Virus record (IMG/VR): IMGVR_UViG_2061766007_000627
Length of the DNA stretch: 64,000 nt
Direction: 5' to 3' (one strand)
DNA from: an uncultured virus (IMG/VR IMGVR_UViG_2061766007_000627)
Taxonomy: Duplodnaviria; Heunggongvirae; Uroviricota; Caudoviricetes
The notes under the pieces were generated by a model. That model ran no database searches and was not told where the DNA came from. It worked only from the letters and a program-made list of their open reading frames with translations. Of the stretch, positions 59,868-64,000 are shown piece after piece (the stretch's first letter is position 1; every line of letters starts with the position of its first letter). Made by a program: the position numbers and the translations under genes.

Positions 59868-60635
59868 ATGGCAAACTATACAATTGACAAATTTTCTTAT
59901 GGCGGTAACAATTACACACTACAAGATAATACTAAAACGCTCTCTGCGGAATTAAGCACAGATAACGCATTTATCACAACTCTAGGTGATGATGCTACTA
60001 TGCTTATACTTGAAGCGGGTAATAACATCAGTATTAATGCAACTACAGCGGGTTCGAGTGACGTTACATATACTATAAGTGCAACGGGAGGCGGTGCTTC
60101 GTATACAGCAACTTCTCCTATTGATATTACAAATAGTGTTATAAGTCATGAAACAAGCGGCGTTACAGCTGGAACTTATGATGGTGGCGGTGTAAAAGAT
60201 ACTGGTACATATTTTCCATCGTTTACAGTAGATTCTACAGGGCATATTACTTCTGCAACTGACCTTGGTACCTTAATTCCGATAATTGGGACATCGAATG
60301 ATACAACCAGTTATGGAAGTTTATTGAATGCGAGTACATGGTCATTTGCGCTGAGAGGTCTCGGTTCAACATATTATACATTAGCCGCAGGTAATACAAG
60401 TACAACAATAACCATTTCCACAGATACTTATTCTTCATCTTCAAATAAATCAAGATTCAGAGTAGCCGATGTACACGCATATGATATGTCAACTGGAGAG
60501 CGTTTATTTGTGGACTGGAGTACGCCCACAGTAGTAAGTGGTGGGTCATCGCTGACGCTTACTGTATCTATTGCTTCTGCGTGGACACACGCAATAGTTA
60601 TCTTTCCTATTCTTACCTATGCCGCTCTAATGTAA
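59868..60635 (+). CDS. Fibre-like protein
   Basis: L.AGNNISI and ISH..SGVTAGTY...TVD..GHITSA modules; C-terminal domain paralogous to 62106. Confidence 0.7.
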   Translation: MANYTIDKFSYGGNNYTLQDNTKTLSAELSTDNAFITTLGDDATMLILEAGNNISINATTAGSSDVTYTISATGGGASYTATSPIDITNSVISHETSGVTAGTYDGGGVKDTGTYFPSFTVDSTGHITSATDLGTLIPIIGTSNDTTSYGSLLNASTWSFALRGLGSTYYTLAAGNTSTTITISTDTYSSSSNKSRFRVADVHAYDMSTGERLFVDWSTPTVVSGGSSLTLTVSIASAWTHAIVIFPILTYAALM

Positions 60636-60647
60636 TGAGGTAACTAA

Positions 60648-61157
60648 ATGTACTCGAATGGAACCGAAGTAAAAATAGTAACGCAAAATGTATTTGGTGA
60701 TGGCAATCATGAATCAACGCAACTTGTACTTGATGCACTTTATCAGTCCGACCCAAAGGATAAAATAGTTCTTGACATAGGAACAGGAACAGGCGTGCAG
60801 GCAATCTATGCTAAAAAATGGGGAGCAAAAGATGTTCTCGCAGTTGATGTTGATTACTTTGCAATAATGACAGCAAGAGATAACTTCAAACGAAATGATG
60901 TTAAGATAAAATCAAGACTTAATATCTACAATGAATATCTACACACAAAAGCAGATATTACAGTTGCAAATCTTCCTGCTCACAATATAAGAGAATATCT
61001 TAAAATTGCAAAATCAACTATGAAAGAAGATGGAGTTCTCATCTGTTCATTCCCAACACAGTTTAATTTTGCAAACGAATGCGATTTATCTGAATACGAA
61101 ATAGTAAATCAGATTGATGGCATAGAGTATAACGCATATATATTAAGGAGTAAATAA
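60648..61157 (+). CDS. PrmA-like class I SAM-dependent protein methyltransferase (catalytic domain only)
   Basis: FGDGNHEST (PrmA FGTGxHxTT), VLDIGTGTG, AVDVD..A...A..N...N, DITVANL. Confidence 0.85.
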   Translation: MYSNGTEVKIVTQNVFGDGNHESTQLVLDALYQSDPKDKIVLDIGTGTGVQAIYAKKWGAKDVLAVDVDYFAIMTARDNFKRNDVKIKSRLNIYNEYLHTKADITVANLPAHNIREYLKIAKSTMKEDGVLICSFPTQFNFANECDLSEYEIVNQIDGIEYNAYILRSK

Positions 61158-62095
61158 TGAAATATCTTGGAGCGATAACTAGTGATTATGATTTAGTAAA
61201 TAAAAAATATGTAGACGATTCTATCCCCACTGTGCCGACTATTACCCTTAATGGAGGTACAACTTCTTCCCCAAATTTTTACGCACCTTTAGGTGCAGGA
61301 ACATCTGGGCAGTATTTAAAATCAAATGGCTCTGACCCACCATCATGGGCAAGTTTCCCAACTATTCCAAGTATCACACTTAATGGAAGTTCAACTACAT
61401 CTCCGAGTTTCTATGCGCCTACTTCAGTAGGAACAAGTGGATATGTATTGAAATCTAACGGCTCTGGCGCTCCAACATGGACAAGTGCCACATTAACAGA
61501 TACACAGGTCACATCAACAACAGTTACTGCGGCGACCACATTCTATCCTGCAGGTAGTACAAGCAGTTCAACTGCTACTGGAGGATTAAGTAAGCACGCA
61601 TCTATAGTTGCCTATGTGTCTGCTAATACTAGTGCAACGGGATATTCAAGGCTTACGCTAGGAAATTCAACCGCAAGTGGCACGGCAGGCGCCAAATACG
61701 GAGAATTACGTTTGTACCAAGAAGGTGCGCACGTAACATCGTTAAGGGCGACAACTGTTTCCGATGCAGATATAACATCATATTTACCCGCAAGAAGTGG
61801 AACGATTGAAAATGGGTTTGTGAGCGTATCGTCTGTATCTTCTTTCTCTGCAACTAATAACACGTTCACTGCCGCCAGAAATGGGATATTCATATTCAAT
61901 ATGAGGGCGAGTGCGGCGAGTGCTTATATAGGAATACAAGATACCCATGATAGCGTTTATATGGCTCAGCAAACCATTCCTAATAACGGCAACTATGCCA
62001 GCGTATGCTTCCCAGTGCTTTCTGGTAGGCAGTACAAAATTATACAGGCAACAAATTTAACTTCTACCAGTGCATATGTAATATACTTCGGATAA
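61157..62095 (+). CDS. Fibre-like protein
   Basis: D.VNKKYVD motif; two ITLNG..T.SP.FYAP...GTSG..LKSNGS..P.W repeats. Confidence 0.7.
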   Translation: MKYLGAITSDYDLVNKKYVDDSIPTVPTITLNGGTTSSPNFYAPLGAGTSGQYLKSNGSDPPSWASFPTIPSITLNGSSTTSPSFYAPTSVGTSGYVLKSNGSGAPTWTSATLTDTQVTSTTVTAATTFYPAGSTSSSTATGGLSKHASIVAYVSANTSATGYSRLTLGNSTASGTAGAKYGELRLYQEGAHVTSLRATTVSDADITSYLPARSGTIENGFVSVSSVSSFSATNNTFTAARNGIFIFNMRASAASAYIGIQDTHDSVYMAQQTIPNNGNYASVCFPVLSGRQYKIIQATNLTSTSAYVIYFG

Positions 62096-62105
62096 GGAAT
62101 TATAG

Positions 62106-63371
62106 TTGGGTACAATAGGGAAAATAACAGCAGGTGGTGTTACGCATTTATTGTCATCAACTGCTTATGCAACTTGCTCAACAGTTGCAGGAACATCAGC
62201 AAAAATAGCAACTATTCAGGACGGTCAGGACTTCTCATTATTCAATGGAGAAACCGTCCATGTTAAGTTTACTTATACTAATACCGCAAGTTTACCTACA
62301 CTAAACATTAATGGTACAGGGGCGTACCCAATAGCAAGATACGGCAATACTGCAGTAGGCACAACTGTCAGCACATCATGGCAAGCAGGTGCCGTGATTA
62401 CTGTTACTTTTGACAGTGATTCTTTTGACGGCGGATGCTGGCAAATGAATGATTTTTCAGAAAGTGGAAATAATACAACATATTCATTGTCTGGAGAAGT
62501 GGAGTCACACACATTTACAACTACACTAACTCCTTCTTCAGGAGCGTCAACAACATCAGAATTACAACTTTCTGCAGGAACGAACATTACCCTGACAGAC
62601 ACTACTAATGGAATACAAATTGGTGCTTCACATTCTCATGGTGGAATTCAAAATAGCGGTGCATTTTTGCAAAATTCCACAACCACAGCAAATTTTGAAA
62701 ATGCAGATAGACTATTATTTGTAGATGCTTCTTCAAGTAATATGATAAAAGCATCAAATATCACGTTTGGTACAGGTACAAATACCTATTTAAGAAATGA
62801 TGGTACTTGGGCCACTCCTGATAGTGGAAGTTCGTACACAGCTACTTTTCCTATTGACATAACAAACGGAGATATAAGTCATGATATGAGTGGGGTTACC
62901 CCAGGGACATATTCAATTACCGCTGACCCTATGGGTACTGGAGGATATTATGTTCCGTCATTTACTGTAGATGATATGGGACACCTTACAAGTGCATCTG
63001 CCTCATCAGGGTTGCTCCCGGCTGTAAGTATTGTAAACTATACATCGGGGGTACTGTCAGGTGCGCAATATACACGAATACCCAGACTTAGTGCGACTTA
63101 CCGAGCAGAATTTACATTAACCGCAGGTCTTACAACGGGTACATTTACAATATCAGATACATATGGACATCCTTCATACTTTATGATATATGATGTTAAA
63201 GCAAGAGATGCAGTTACAGGAGAGCCATTAGATGTTGGTTGGACAACTGATTATATTAGTAGTGATTCAGGCATGGCTACATCATTAGTATTAACTGTAA
63301 CTTTAAATGAAGCCTATGTTAATAATATCTACTTATTCCCGATGATGTCATACATGAGAGCGGGAATGTGA
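62106..63371 (+). CDS. Fibre-like protein (mosaic of 54262 and 59868 modules)
   Basis: ATCST.A....K.AT, HSHG.I, YLRNDGTWATP, ISHDMSGVTPGTY. TTG start. Confidence 0.7.
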   Translation: MGTIGKITAGGVTHLLSSTAYATCSTVAGTSAKIATIQDGQDFSLFNGETVHVKFTYTNTASLPTLNINGTGAYPIARYGNTAVGTTVSTSWQAGAVITVTFDSDSFDGGCWQMNDFSESGNNTTYSLSGEVESHTFTTTLTPSSGASTTSELQLSAGTNITLTDTTNGIQIGASHSHGGIQNSGAFLQNSTTTANFENADRLLFVDASSSNMIKASNITFGTGTNTYLRNDGTWATPDSGSSYTATFPIDITNGDISHDMSGVTPGTYSITADPMGTGGYYVPSFTVDDMGHLTSASASSGLLPAVSIVNYTSGVLSGAQYTRIPRLSATYRAEFTLTAGLTTGTFTISDTYGHPSYFMIYDVKARDAVTGEPLDVGWTTDYISSDSGMATSLVLTVTLNEAYVNNIYLFPMMSYMRAGM

Positions 63372-63379
63372 GGAAGAAA

Positions 63380-63838
63380 ATGAAATATTTAGGACCAATA
63401 TCTGACCCACTTGATTATGTAAATAAAAAATACGTAGATGCTAATGATGAGGTTTACTACGAAGAAGATTCTGGTGGAAGCGAGGGTATCTACTCTAAAA
63501 CACTTGGCGAAAAAATATATACCGCTGGAGATATTGTTTGGAACCAAATGACATTGAGCGGCACCCAAATAGCATCATTCAGGATTGGTGATGAAGTTAA
63601 AGCAGTCTTTGCCCCAACTTCTGGTGGAAGCTCATATACTCCAATTTTAAGAATGAACAATGTTGACTATGCTATACAGCGATGGGAATATACAACCATA
63701 AGTGGAAAGACTGGAATCAATTTTGTATATCTAGATGGTGCAGATGAAGATACACTGTTTGTGCCAATTACCCCGCCTACACTTTCAATGTCGATAGACA
63801 GCACGGACACGAAAAAGTTGAATATATCATATCTCTGA
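63380..63838 (+). CDS. Small fibre-associated protein
   Basis: MKYLG.I....D.VNKKYVD shared with 61157; C-terminal D.TDTKKLNI shared with the 59107 fragment. Confidence 0.65.
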   Translation: MKYLGPISDPLDYVNKKYVDANDEVYYEEDSGGSEGIYSKTLGEKIYTAGDIVWNQMTLSGTQIASFRIGDEVKAVFAPTSGGSSYTPILRMNNVDYAIQRWEYTTISGKTGINFVYLDGADEDTLFVPITPPTLSMSIDSTDTKKLNISYL

Positions 63839-63848
63839 TGAGGAACAA

Positions 63849-64000
63849 ATGAGTAAATTATTAAACGGCATAATCAATTACATAGGTGCAAATGGTATTT
63901 TCAAAAATAATGATGGGGATATTCCTATAACTTCTGGCAACATCATTTTAGATAATGGTAGAAAGTTGATGTCGAAGAACTCCCAAAATGTTGCTAAAAA
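63849..64000 (+). CDS. 5' part of a hypothetical protein running off the window
   Basis: GAGGA RBS, ATG at 63849, open to the window end. Confidence 0.55.
   Translation, partial: MSKLLNGIINYIGANGIFKNNDGDIPITSGNIILDNGRKLMSKNSQNVAK

Noticed and set aside
1048..62602. All minus-strand ORFs and short nested plus-strand ORFs in the track
   Set aside because: They are shadows of long + strand genes with RBSs and recognisable motifs; none has its own signals or domains.
51508..63838. Diversity-generating retroelement or invertase shufflon acting on the fibre genes
   Set aside because: No reverse transcriptase, recombinase, inverted cassette or adenine-specific TR/VR pair is visible; paralogue differences are ordinary synonymous changes.
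1..64000. Stop-codon reassignment
   Set aside because: Genes are full length under the standard code, and TAA, TAG and TGA all end genes at tight junctions.
1..64000. CRISPR array, tRNA genes, integrase or IS elements
   Set aside because: None was recognisable, and the intergenic space is too small for arrays.

Overview
The window is 64 kb from the interior of a large contractile-tailed dsDNA phage genome. It is AT-rich, uses the standard code, and every credible gene is on the + strand. SigmaA-type promoters with an extended -10, strong GGAGG RBSs, CHAP/LysM/RecU/BspA/InlB-B-like domains suggest a Gram-positive (Bacillota) host. There are three blocks. (1) 1-26.2 kb is tail and baseplate: assembly chaperone with a probable frameshift, tape measure, LysM, three paralogous hub proteins each with a different cell-wall hydrolase, spike, gp25-like, and a 1961-aa wedge. 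(2) 26.3-51.2 kb is replication, recombination and transcription: HARP-SNF2, initiator, DnaC, DnaB, primase, SSB, family A polymerase, beta clamp with a full DnaX/HolB/HolA loader, RecU, RecA, SbcCD, and sigma-like and Mor-like regulators. (3) 51.2-64 kb is a cluster of mosaic Ser/Thr/Gly-rich fibre genes with a PrmA-like methyltransferase embedded. The strongest leads are the triple hub with three enzyme warheads, a fibre with nested complementary repeats, the PrmA-like gene, and an apparently misplaced 1.36-kb segment between N-gaps. All family assignments come from motif recognition by eye; no searches were run.
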